The notes beneath the pieces are model-generated. The model did no database searches and was not told the DNA's origin. It worked only from the letters and a program-made list of their open reading frames with translations. Made by a program: the position numbers and the translations under genes. Shown piece by piece: positions 13,601-26,500 of a DNA stretch of 64,000 nucleotides. Position 1 is the first letter of the stretch. Every line of letters starts with the position of its first letter. Source of the stretch: Bilabrum cf. latius (Eukaryota); contig OZ237737.1 in NCBI GenBank assembly GCA_965178125.1, positions 1,488,001-1,552,000 of the forward strand, written 5' to 3'.

Positions 13601-13633
13601 CAAACTAAATACAATACACGTCCCAACGCGCAT
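10619..13633 (-). CDS. Secreted glycoside-hydrolase-like protein resembling clan GH-D (GH27/31/36); join(13633..12452,12319..10619), about 960 aa, 3 in-frame TAG
   Basis: Signal peptide MRVGTCIVFSLGCLCASA. Splicing yields LS-TYTDNGA. Motifs QLDDWW, YFPDG, LSTGPVGIGD and DGVLLKPDKP resemble raffinose-synthase/alpha-galactosidase-like barrels. TAG at 12074, 11990 and 11927; ends at TGA 10619-10621. Confidence 0.7.
12320..12451 (-). other. Spliceosomal GT-AG intron (132 nt) in the glycosidase-like gene
   Basis: Donor GTAAGA at 12451, pyrimidine tract TCTCCTTCCGTCTCATTCTCTTCC, acceptor CGCAG ending at 12320. It contains an in-frame TAA (12404-12406), so it has to be removed. Confidence 0.75.
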
Positions 13634-14552
13634 TGCGGCGAGCTTGTCTGATCAAAGGCTTCGATCGCGATGAAACACCGTGCGATCTTTCGTGCTTTCC
13701 AGATTCCCCAGAGTGAGATAGATTATTTGGGGTAAGATTCTCTGGCAGTTTACCTGTTCGATACCAATAGGCGAGAAATAAGGCGGCTGTTCAGCACAAG
13801 AAAGCTTCACGATTGTGAGGCCCACCTCATCGATGGAGTTGCAGTTCGTCCGGATCCCTCGATCCTCTAGCCGAGACACCATTCGCATTATCGCGAGCAT
13901 CAAAGAAGTGCAGTCTATAGTATGTCATAATTTTTGAAAGTAACCCGCTCTAGTTCGGCAAGTGAGCAACTCGGGCGAACACCCTCGGCAACCATTCAGT
14001 CTCTACGGGATTCTGGGGCTGTGGCTGTGCCTTGGGCGCGGAGGGCTCAACGACTATCGCAAGCTTATGTGTTGCTCATGATTATACCAATTATGGTCTG
14101 TTGCGTCTGTAGACAAAGCCTGGATGGCCACACGACAGGAGATCAAACTCTACTAGTCTTTTTAGTAATCGAAAATCTGTGTACATAGCAACCAACTTTG
14201 GCAATTAATAATCGAGAGATCTCCCTGGGAGAAGATCGACAGTTAACTGGAAGGGAGCTTCTATGTGGTGCAACCCTGCCCCGAGCCCCGCTGTCGAGTC
14301 ACGGACCACCGCGCGCCGAAGCACGGCACGAAGCCAGTGCTCTGTCGCGCGACGCGACTCGACAGCATCAAGACCACAAGACAAGGTGCAGCACCAGCAG
14401 CGCTTCCAACTAGCGTCTTCTCATACCAACAGAAGTGTCTCTTTGGCAGGATCCCCCCGATCCTCTGCCAGCGCCTCCTCACATCGTACCACCCTCTGCC
14501 CTACCAGCACGCCTCCTCCTCCGCGGTAACAATCGAGTGCGCGTCTCAACAC

Positions 14553-17500
14553 TCACACTCGGCTACCGCCCGACCGCCTGCCTCCAAGCTTGGCGGCCCC
14601 GCCCTCTACCTTGGACCTGTACGCACCCAGGCCCCTCTGCCCCACCAGCTTCTTCCGGATGTCCTTCAGCGACTCAGAGTTTGGACCCACCCTGCTCAGC
14701 GCGCGCTGGGACCCTTGGCTCTCCACGGGCCCGAACCCCCTCAATGGGGACGCAACCCCTTTCATCTCCTTCTCATCCCCCCCCATGGACCCCGCAGCGC
14801 CCTGCCCTCGCAGCAGGGGGTTGGAGGCGGAAGCGGTCGTCCCCTTGCCCCTGCTGCCGCCCTGCATCGGCTCGCCGGCCCGCGATGCCATCATGGAATC
14901 GAACGCGCGGCGCGTCTTTGCCTTGCTTGCCTTGCCGCTATCGCCCGCCAGACCGCGAGCATGGGCAGCGCCCCTGCGCTCCTCTTCCTTCTGACGAGCC
15001 AGCCGCTGCTCGCGACGGGCCTTGAGCGAAGAACCGCCGTGGCCAGCACCGCCCAAACCGCCCTTCGCGGCCAGAGGGTTCACTGCCACCAACCCGCCCA
15101 TCTTCTCCACCTCGGGGTCTGCTGGGTCAACCAGCGCGGCGAACATGGGGTTGCTCTTGGCGCGCATCGTGGCGCCGGCAAGCAGCTCCACGTGGGACTT
15201 GGGTCTCTTGAGAGACCGGGCTCCCGATGTGGATCCTCCGTCTTCTAGTGCAGGCACTGCCCCGGCCATTGGCTTCTTGGCGGCGTCAATCCTGCCCTTC
15301 TTGTCCCCCTTCTTCTTGCCCATCCCGCAGCACCCGCACTGCTTGGCCAACCAGACTCCCAGTCGCTTGATCTTGATCAGAAGCAGGATCAGGATCGCCA
15401 GCAGCACCAGCAAGTGCAGCACGGCGATCGTCCATCCGATCGCCTCGAACACCTCGTCCCGCGTGCCCACGCCGAGAACACCCGGCGCCAGCAGCATCAT
15501 ACAGAACAAGATCACGGCGCGAGCCAGACCAGTCAGCACGGTGATCCGGAAGATGAAGTAGTGCTGGATCGGCGCGGTAGCGATGACCACGGCCACGTAA
15601 ACCACCTGCTTGAGCAGCAGCACCAGCGTCTGCAGCACGGGCCAGCCCGACAGGAGCACCAAGATGAGCGCAGACAAGAACCGGTCTGCGAGGATGACCA
15701 CGAAGAAGAGCCTATCCTTACCGTGGTACCTCTTGTACAAGGGCCCCAGCGCCAGCCGCATCGTCGGCGACGTCTTGAGGTCCTCAAGAGATTTGGACTG
15801 GATCCAGTAGGCTGCGATGATCACGGCGCCCACGAGGTAGAAGATCATCCAGAACCAGCCGAAGATGTCCATGCCCTCGCCCGAGCACGACTCGCTCAGC
15901 TCGTACACGACCAGCACACTCAACAGGAGGTAGAATGCCATGCAAGTCTTCACGCCGAAACCCACGAAGCGCCAGAACAGCTTGCCGCGCTTGTTGGACG
16001 CCCACTCGTCCGTGTACTTGGAGTACTTGCTCCGCGGGGACGCCGCGGCACCGCCGTCCGGCTTGCTTTCGCCCTCGTCGTCGCTGTTCAAATCGGACTG
16101 CTCCCTGGCCTTGGCCTCCTCCTCGCCATCCATGCCAGCAGCGCCCTTCTCCTCATTATCAGCGCCGGCTTGGCGCAAGTTCAGGCTGGATGCGCCCGCT
16201 GATCCTGGCTTGGCGCGTTCCAGGGCACGCTGCCTGTCCTGGCCAGACCCAGCAGCGATGTTCTTCCGCAGCTTGCCCTGGATGTACCACTCGAGCACTC
16301 CGCACGAGATCACGCCCACCACGGCCACGAGCAACAGAACGATCACCAGTGCGACCACCGCGTACATGAACAAGCTCCTGGGATGGATGCCCAGCGGGTA
16401 CGCTAGCGTGGAAATGGCCGACGGCACGTTCTGGTTGTCGCAGCCCTCGATGGGTTCGAAGGGGAAGCCGCTCTCGGGGTCGATCCACACGTAGTCGAGG
16501 GCATCGGGACCACCGGATGGCCCAGAGCCGAAATCGTCGACTGCTCCATCGCCAGTTGAGTTTCCGACGCCGCTGCCGCCATCCCCTGGGGAATCGCTCG
16601 TACCGTTGTTCTGACCTGCTCCGTCACCGCTCTGGCTCCCGCTGCCGCCTGTGCCTTCGCCGCGGTCTCCCACGGTTGCGTTGCCTCCATCTCCACTGCC
16701 GCTACCGCTTCCGCCGAGCCTTGACCCGTAGCCAGATCCGTACGGCGTGCGGTTGTGTTCTTCGGGCTCGTAATCTGCGAGGCCGGGCGGCGCGCGGGCA
16801 TCATCAACAGCATTCAGCACCGCAGGCATTGGAATCGCGCCGGTAAACGGCACAAACGCAGCCGTCATTGCCTTCAGCACGGGCGGCTGCGTCACATCCA
16901 GCTGTCCGCACATCACGATGAACTGCGCCTAGTCAAGTACGTCAAGCAGTCCGAAGTCGAAGCCGGCCATGCCTCCAACCACGCTCGAGCCAGCACCAAG
17001 TGCTGCCGCTGAGGCGCCACTCGTCGCCCCTGCGGCTGCAGCCACCCCGGCGCCGCCCTGCACCACGGCGATACTGCCCGAGACCCATCCCACGGCTGCT
17101 GCCGTCGCCGCCATGCCATCGTCAGGCGAGGCAGGAGGACCCATCGGCCGGGGTCGTAGGTCGACCGTGTCCACCTTCCCGCCGACCTCACCGCCAGTGT
17201 CGTTGTCCTCGCCGCTGCTGCCGTCGCCGCCGCCACTGTCGGATCCAGGGGTAGGGGTTGGCACAGGCGGAGAGGATGCCTGCGGGGTGGGCTGGGCCGA
17301 TGGCACAGGTCCAACCGTAGGCGGCCTGTGGTCAGGGTCCGTGCCCGGGGGCGCGGCGTCCTCACAGTCGGCCGCACAACTGCTCGCCTCCTCGCCGACC
17401 TCGCACACGCCGTTCCCGCAGATGCCGATCCGGGATGCCGTCGGCGGGAAACTGCGCTGCCTGCAGCTCGTTGCGGTTCCGTTGTTGAGCGGGGACGACA

Positions 17501-20500
17501 TCAAAGCGCTCTGGTCTGCCAGCACAGCGTCCAACTCATGGCTGCCGGGCTCGTTCGACCCGGGAGCAGCAGGCGCCACCTCAACGGTCACCGAGACAGC
17601 ACCGGGAGCGCCTATGACCACAGACCTCACAATCACCCGCTGCACTGACACACCGAGCGCCGCACTCACGTCCCCGGCCACAGCCGCGTTCAGTCGCTGC
17701 CGGAGCGGAGACAGAGCGGACGCATCTGCTACTGCCTCAGCATCTTGGATGAGGCACTTGCTGTGGACTCCCGAAGGGTGTTCCGTGCCGAGCATCAGCA
17801 CAAAGGACGCGGCGCACGAGCTGTCATCGCCTCCGCATACGCCGCAGGCATCGATGGCCTCGGCGCCCGCTTCGCAGCACGAACCGGAAGCATCAAAGGC
17901 AGCACAAGCAGCACCTCCACCCTCACCACTGGGTGCGGGCGCCCACAGCGTGAACGGCTGCGAGTACTGCGTGACCACCTCGGGCTCGCTTGAGCCAGGC
18001 GGCACGATGCTGCACGTGAAGCGCAAGGCGTGGCCAGGGCCTGGGTCGGCTGCCCCGATGCGCACGCCGAGGCCCGGCCAGGACGCCACGCCGTTGCTGG
18101 CTGGAACATCCAATGGTGCGGCACCGTCGATCTCACCGCCGGCACCGTAGCGCACCAGTCCACCGACGCGCAGGTAGCCCGGCTGCTCACCCGAACCTGA
18201 CCCGTCTCCGTCGGTCTTCTTGACCAGGTCCACGCGAACAATAGTGCGGCTGTCACCGGTGACGACCTGCCCGGTGCCGTCCACTAGGCCGATCGACGGA
18301 GTGATTCCCATGGGCCCGCCCAGCACCACGCTGCCAGGTTGTTTGCTCACGCTCACACCAGAGGCAGAACCCGTCGCGTAGATCACAGTGTACCTCGGGA
18401 AACGGCCATCAGCGGTAAGCAGCTGTGCAGAGGTCCAACCCTGGCTCAGCCCGCTGCCCGTCGAGCTCCGGAGGGCGTACTGCGCATCGAAGACGAAGGC
18501 AGCCGGCTTGGTCTCCGGCACCGAGCACCGCAGCATCTCGTCATTCACAACCTTGCATTCCTCGTACAGAGGCACCGCAGACGCGAGGGCCTGGCCTGTC
18601 AGCGGGTCGATGGGAATCATCTAGCACCTGTACACTGCAGCGCCGTTGAACGCAAAGTCGTGGCCCATGACGTCGATCGAGGAGGAGCCGCCGCTGGGAC
18701 CCTCGCGCGGCGTCAGGCCAACCACTGTCGGCGTATCGTCAGCAAGCAGCCCACCGCCAGTCGCACCCCCGGTCCCGCCAGACCCACCGCTAGATCCGCC
18801 AGAGCTGCCACCGGTCGTGCCACCGCCGCCAGTACCCCGGTCGCTCGGGATAGACGGAGGCGCGCACACGCCGAACGAACACTGGAACGTTACGCAGTCA
18901 GAGTCGGCAGAGCAGCTCTCACCCACGGGGCACGGTGGGCAGATGCCACCACCGCAGCGGGCCGTGCAGGCAGACGCATCCGTCGGCGGCACGCAAACTC
19001 CTTGGGCGTTGCACGTCTACGAGAAGCAGTCAATGCCGCTGTTACACCTGTAGTACAGCGGGCAGAGCTTGCCAGCCCCGCAGCCCGCACCGCAGTCAAC
19101 ATCTGACTCACCAATGGCCGGCGTGTGGATCGAGTCGAAGCAGGTGCCAGGGGCACATTGCCCGGGGACACTACCTGCACCCGCGTATCCAACGCACCTC
19201 TGGCTGCCGCATTGACTGCTGGCCGTGCACGCGCCTCCCACAGCCGTGGGCCCGCAGCCCGGCCCGACATCCACGCCAACCTCATTACCGTCCTTCACTC
19301 CGTTGGAGCAGCTCGATGGCGCGGTGCATCGCATGGTTGTGGCATCACACACGATGTCACCACCAACAGCACCGGCACAATCGCTGTCCACGAGGCACGT
19401 GTCGCCAGTATCGCACTTGGCCGGGCAGCTTCCGCTGCAATCCACGCCTGTCTCGTCGCCAGACCGAATGCCGTCGAAGCAGTGCTGCACGGCGCACTGC
19501 AGGTCTTCAGGATGGCAGAAATCTGACTGGCATTCCGAGTGCCGCCGGCAAGCTTCACCAGCCGCCTTCAAGTCCTCCTCGTCATCAGGGTTACTGGTAT
19601 CGGCCGAGCAAATTCCATTGAGGCATAGTCCGACGCAGTCCCCGTGGCTAAGGCAACCGGAAGTGCCGATGGGGCACGGCGAGCACGTGCCACCACACGT
19701 GTTGTTGCCCATCGGGCACGTGAAGACGGGCGTGCCCCCGCCGCCCGTGCCTCCACCTCCGGTCCCGCCGCCACCGGTCCCACCACCGCTGCTACCACCG
19801 CCTGTTCCACCGCCAGTGCCGGACCCAGTGCCACCGCCACCACTACCGCCGCCAGAAGCCGGGGGCTCCGAGCATCTTCTCACGGTTGTGCCGTTCGAAA
19901 GGCTTTCGTCCCTGCAGAATCCGCTGGCGCAGTCAAGATGCGAGTTTGCCTCGCAGCTGTCCCCCACCGAGCACAACTGGCTCGTGCCGAAGCCGCACGA
20001 CAAGCCGGTGCCACTGCTGCCCTCGCACCTCCCGGCAACACAGTCACCGATGCAGTCGGAATCCCGTTCACAAATGCGGCCATCCGCGCATGCATCGCAG
20101 CTCGGCCCACCGCAGTTCCAGTCAGTCTCCTGGCCGTCCTTCTTGGCGTTAGCGCATGAAGGGGCCGCGCAGAACCCAGCAGTGGTGGGTACACCTGCGG
20201 GCGACCCAGCGCCAGCGTCCGTCTGGCAATTCAAAGACTCGCAGTCGGTGTCCAAATTGCAACGGAATTCAGTTCCAATGGGACATCGGCCACAGGTGCC
20301 GCCGCACTCCAAGGCGCCTTCCGAATGGCCGACAGCCCGCACAGAAGCGGTCTCACCCAGCTCAGCTGGAGACATCCTGCCGTCTCTGCACGTGGGTGCC
20401 GCACACTGACCCGAGGAGGTGTCGCAGATACCAGTCGTGCACACATCGTCTCCACCGTTGCCGGCGCAAGTGGTGCCCACGGGGCACTCGTTGTCGCACG

Positions 20501-23500
20501 CAGGCCCACAATCAATACCTGTCTCAAGAACACCACCAGGTGAGTTTCTCACTCCATCCGTGCATGTGGGATCCAGGCACACTCCGAATAGTTGCACGCC
20601 AGAGTTGCAATTCCTCGGATCGCCGCCAGACGAGGATCCAGAACCACAGAGCAGGTCGCAGCCAGAGGATGCGCCACCATCCACGCAAGCCTCGAGACCG
20701 TTCTTCACGCCGTCGCTGCACGACGGTGCCGAGCACTACCCGGGGCTGTCGCTGTCACCCGAGCACACGCCGCTGATGCATTGGGTCCCGATCGTGCAAG
20801 GCGTCGAGTCTGGGCACCTGGCAGCGCATGGACCAGCACAGTCCACCCCGAGCTCGCCCTGATTTTGCACGCCATCCGAGCAGCTCGGGTCTACGCACAG
20901 CCCGAACCGGCAGATGTTGCTCGTGCACTGGGACGCAGCACTGCACTGGGAGCCAGTGCTGCAGCTGGGGCACCTGCCAGCAACATCTCCGCAGTCACCC
21001 TCGGGTGCCTCGCCCTGGTTCACGATCCCGTCGTCGCAAGTTGGCAGTGACACCGCCTGGCAGCGGCCCTCGAAGCATGAGTTCGACTAGCAGTCGCGAG
21101 GCGTGCTACAAGTCTCTCCCACGCCGCATAACCTCGGCTGCCCTTCACCACCATCCGTGCATGCCTCATCGCCGTTCTTGATACCGTCATCATCACTGGG
21201 TGCTAGGCAAATTCCCGTTATGTTGTTGCAGTTCATGCTGGTGCAGTCCTGACTGATCTCGCACTGCAGGCCGGTCGAGCACCCGCCGCACACGATGCCT
21301 CCGCAGTCCATGTCGGTCTCGTCCTGGTTCCGGATGCCGTCGGTGCAGCTTGGCGGGCGGCAGAAACCACCGCCAGAGACATCGCACACCGAACCAATCG
21401 AGCAGTCACTGGCGCTGGCGCAACGCTGCTCTGCGGTGGGCAAGTAGAGCATGATATCGTCGTCAGGTGTGTTGCCAGACGCATCCTCGACCGTGTCGGC
21501 CTCAACCAACACAGCGTACCGAGTGGAGGGCGCCGAGAAGAGCTTGGGACCCGTGCCGCTTTCAGGGTCGGGCAGCGTCAGGATGACGCTCGACCCGCTG
21601 ATCTGGGTGCCCCCGGCAGCATCTGAACCAGCCCCCGGAGCGGGCGCGGTCCAGAGCACAGCCCACGTCTTGACCTCGTCAACAGTGGGTGTCACGAGCT
21701 GGGGCACCACCTGGAGCTGCCGGCGCCCACCGGCATCCACGGATGTCCCGTTCGTCGATTCGCTTGCGGCACCGCGATCAACTCGGATCGAAACACCATC
21801 GATAGTCGTGTCGGTGGATTGAAGGCCCGCAAATAGCACACGCTCGTTGAATGTCAGGCGGATCTCCGACAGAGGGTCACGAGTGCTGACAAAGGATGAG
21901 TTCGGGCCCACTGCTGCAGGCACCGCAGCGCCTGCCCTCGGCACAGTGCTGACCAAGATTGGGCCATCCACGTCAGCTGCGGTTGTGAAGGTCCAGAAAG
22001 AGCGAGATCCATCCCCGAGGGATGTGAACGCATTCCCGGCTGCATCGAGCAGACTAGCAGTGACAGTCGTGCTGGTGCCCTCGATGGTGGTCTCAGCAGC
22101 GTCGATCGTCACCGAGTAGGTCGCTCCGGGGTCCGCAATGCTGCTGCTGTCCAACGCAATTGACAAGCGTCTATCACCCACAACGGAGACTCTAAAATCG
22201 TCGCCAATTGTCATTTCAACAATCCTAGTCCATGTCGGGTCCGTGGTCGCATCGCCTGCAGTCAGCTGTTTCCATACCGAGACGACGCCTGCACCCAGCA
22301 GGATCTTCTCGTTGAACGTGATGGACAGCTGAGTCAGGCCAGTAGCCACACCTGTGGTATCCCTAGCGGGCACAAAGGTGGCGGGCTCGGGCGCTGACAC
22401 ATCCACAGTGTCGAAAGACATGTACCGGATGGGAGCCGTCGTAGCTAATTGCAGGCTCCACGTCGAAGGCACGCTGCCAAAGATGCCGCCGAACTCAAGC
22501 TCGGCACCATCGATGATGAACCCGCGAGACATGGTCACTTCGTACCGAGACGACTCATCAAGAGACTGCCCTGCAGGCAGGGACACGAGCAGAGTGTCGT
22601 CACTGATGCTGACCGCATCGCTAACATCCGAGTCTCCAAGACGCACGTCCAGTGCACTCGTGCCCGTCCGCGTGTTGCGAACGCGCAGACGCGCCGTGTC
22701 CGTGTCTCCAAGGCTGACACGCTCTGAGAACACAATGCGGATGGTCGACAGCGTGATCGCCACGTCCTCCTCCATGGGGCTCGGAGACGTTGACAGGACC
22801 GTCGGCGCAGTTGCATCCGGAACGGTAACGAACTGCCACTCGCCTGCATCGATTCCCTCGAAGTAGTTGCTCTGTGAGTCGCGGAAGGCCGTACCCGACA
22901 CGCGAACCTCGTATCTGGTGAACTCCTTGCTGACTGTAGTCGTGGAGAATCTGACGTACACGAATCGCCCGCTGAACGAGAGAGAGCTAGACGTGGCCGA
23001 CAGAGACTGGAGTGGCGCCGCACCGCCCTGCTCCCAGACCTCCACAGCGCCCCCACCAGTGCCGCGCCTGACGCTCTCATCAAACTCGATAGTGACCGTG
23101 CGGAGGCCAACCGAAACATTCCTTGTGTCGTGCACCGGCACAATGGAGCTCAGAGTGGGAGCGATCCAGTCAGCCGTACGCACCAGCCAGGCGGCGTTCG
23201 AGGCTGTCACATCCTAGTTGGATCCGCTGCCAGACGTGGCATTCAGCGGACCGACGCCAACGAAGGCGTTCCCGCTCAAGTCTTGAACGAACCCTCGGTC
23301 GATCACAATGGCATACTGCGTGTCAGAGCGTGCCCAAGAATCCATGTCAAGGTCGACGGCCAGGAAGGTGCCAGTCGTCGGAGCTAACACAGCCCCGTCA
23401 CCTGCCGAGTCGGCACCTGATGCAGCGTCCCGCGATGCGACAACTTGCTCGGTTGCACCTGACGCACTGCCACCAACGAATGCCATTCGCGATCCGTCCG

Positions 23501-26500
23501 AGGCAGCCGCGGCTGGAATGGACGCCACCTAGGCTCCGTCCGGCATGCGGTACACGTGCAGCTGTGCACCACTGCCGCGAGCCGGCAGTCGCACCGTCTC
23601 CCCGAAGGACAGCACCACGGCGCTCTCACCGCCGTCCATGCCGGTGTCTTCCAGTCGCAGCACCTGGCTACTGGACGACACGGAGGTGCGCCGAGAGGAC
23701 AGCGACGGCGGGTACGTGTCAGGCTCCACCCTGTAGCTGGGTGCTCCGGCTGCCACCGTCAGCACACCCTGGAATGGGTTGCCCGCCTGATCCTCCACGA
23801 AACCGGTGGGCAACCGGAGGGCGAACCGCAGGCCGTACGAACGCAGCGTGGATGAAGGGAGCCTCAGCTCAACGGTTCTGGCAGCAGCACCGAGCGCGCT
23901 CGTGATGCGCACTACTGACGGGCGCGATGCGTCCAGCACGGCGACAGCCAGACCAGATTCCGTGTTAACTACTTCGATCGTGCCTTCTCCCTGCTGCACC
24001 GCCTCGGACATGAGGAGCCGGAGGGTCGTGGTACCGAAAGCGACATCGGTGCTGTCGATGGCGGGCGAGCCCGACACGATTGTCGGTGCCACCGTGTCAA
24101 GGGACGAGAAGCGCCAAACCACATCCGCGAGCGGGTTGCGAGCCGGACTGGCATCCGTGATGGCCGACCCAGCCCCGCTGCTAGCTCCAGTGCGGATAGC
24201 TACCTCGTAGGTGCCACTGGACTCTGCCACTGTCTCGAGGAAGCCTGGAGCGTCCAGGACCAGCACCCTGCCCGCCTGGATGAAACCGTCGAAGCTGGTA
24301 GACACAGTGCTCTCACCCGTGTACGCGGGATCCAGCGAGTCCTCGTCCGATGGCGGCACAACGGCCCCATTGCTTGACACAGGCACAAGGACCGAATCCA
24401 CGCGAACTTGTGATGTGTTCGTCATCGACAAGGACACACTGGCACCAGTTCGAGTGTTTGTAATGGTGGCGTTTGCGTTGGCCAGTGCACCCTGGTGGAC
24501 CAACACCGCCTCGCTAAGAACCGCAGCCACCCTTAGCTCAGTGGCAGACAGATCCAGAGGAGCTGACGCCGGTCCAGGCACAAGCTTAACGGCACCGGGC
24601 GCAGTCGTGTCGGCAACTGTTTCAAAGGTCCAAGAGAACATTCCGAGAGACTTCCCGGATAGATCCGCGAAAGCTCCTGGTACGTCGTAGACCGGGACAC
24701 TTGAGTTGTACGCTGCGTTGTACGACTCGCTTAAATTGGCGGCGTTCCACGCGGCTTCTGCGACTTCCATGACTGGCATGGTGCGAGGTGCTGCAGTCAC
24801 GTTGACCATGTACATTTCGCCGTGCAATGAAGTTGCAGCTGCACGGAGGCGCAGGCTTACGGTGTCGCCAGAGATGGACACTCTCGTCGAATCATCCGTT
24901 GCGAAACGCTCCACCAGCTCCCACCCGTTCTCGCCAGCACCGCGCCCCGCCTTGGCACTCGCACCCGAGTGGATGTCAGCGATCGTGCGGGGCACAAACA
25001 GACCCGTGTCTGAGCCGAGCTCACCGAACGCCAACGCCTCGGCGTAGGAAGAGCTATCTGCGATCACATCCGCTGCCTTGAGCGCCTGGGCACCCGCCAC
25101 CTTGCGGTACACAGAGATTCGGCCGCCGGGCATGGGCTGCACCTCCTCGCTCATCTTGAGCTGAGCGCTGGTGAGACGCACCTGCACGTCGCTGGCACCC
25201 GAGATGGGCGTGCTCTGCGCAACGGAAGGGGGCAGCACGTCCGAGGTAGAGAAGACCCAGGAGGTGGAGGACCGGAATCCGAGGAACGAGTTGCCCGACA
25301 TGTCTTCCAGCAGCCCGCTGTCCACGCGGATGTGGTACTCCGTGCGGTCGAGAGCCACGGCTGTCGACGGCAGCTGCACGGACACGTGAGCCCTAGCAAA
25401 TGGACCGGCCGCATCGTTGATGAGCCTGTCGTTCCGGGAATCGCGCAGGGTGATGTTCAGGCGATCCGGCTGTGCGGTGAAGGTGACCAAGCTGCCGACG
25501 CTGCGCACCACCCTGAGGGAAAGGCCTCGATCCGACGCGGTGGAAGACACTCGAGCGGCTTCATCCAATACGAAGCTGATGCTGCGCACCTGCGTGGGCA
25601 CATCGGTACGGCCGCGGCGAGGAGTGAGAACCAGCACCCTTGGTGGCACCCTGTCGGGCTCGGTTCGGAACGACCACTGCGAAGCACCGGCAATGCCTGG
25701 CAGCGGCAGGCCATCGCTGTCCACCAGCTTGTTCGACCCTACAGTTACACGGTAAAGCGCAGAATAGTAGCCGAGCGCACCCTCGGGCACGGGCACAGTG
25801 ATGGCACTGCACCCGATCGAGAGCTCCTCGGCTGCCACGGTGGCCACCTAATGCAGAACTTCGTTGCCGCCCGAGTCGTACGCCACTCTATGCACAGTGA
25901 CAACGGTGTCGCTCCCGGCCACTGACGAGGCGGCCTTGACCTGTTCGGACACGCGGATGGTCAGCTGCCTCGTTGAGACAAGCACTCCGCTTGCTCCGTG
26001 GGCGGGCACAGTGGAAACGACCTTGGGAGGCTCACCCGATGCACTCGTTCTGATGGTCCATGCAGATGCCTCCTGCACACTAGAACCCACCGACTCGCCA
26101 GGGAATGCCCCGAAGAAGTGCACACCCGTTGCAGCGTCCACCAGACTTGAGTTGTCCATCAGCACTCGGTACCATGCCGATGAGCGACCCAAAGCTTCGT
26201 TACTCTTGAACGTAAAGTGAAGCTTCGAAGCCATACCGGCGATGGATTGCAAGCTGGTGCCAACATCGCCCGCTGAGACGTTCCATGTCGGCTGCACCCC
26301 GTCCCACTGCGAGTGGTACATGGCGCCGCTTGCTCCGCCCCACCAACCGAGAGACGCACCGCTGGTCTCCAACGGGATCGAGGGTGCGCTGGAGAGCCGG
26401 GAGCGGAGTGCAACGTGGCGAGCGAACTCGTCCTGCGTTTGGCGAAGTCCTGCGGTGAGCGCCAGGTCTTCACCTGCCTCCAGGATTTCTTTCGCAGCGT

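Noticed and set aside
13634-14552. Possible hidden gene in the largest intergenic gap (+ frame 13934-15025 via TAG read-through; - ORF 13652-13903)
   Set aside because: The translations are not protein-like, and the + frame runs antisense into the giant gene's tail. There is no support without RNA data.
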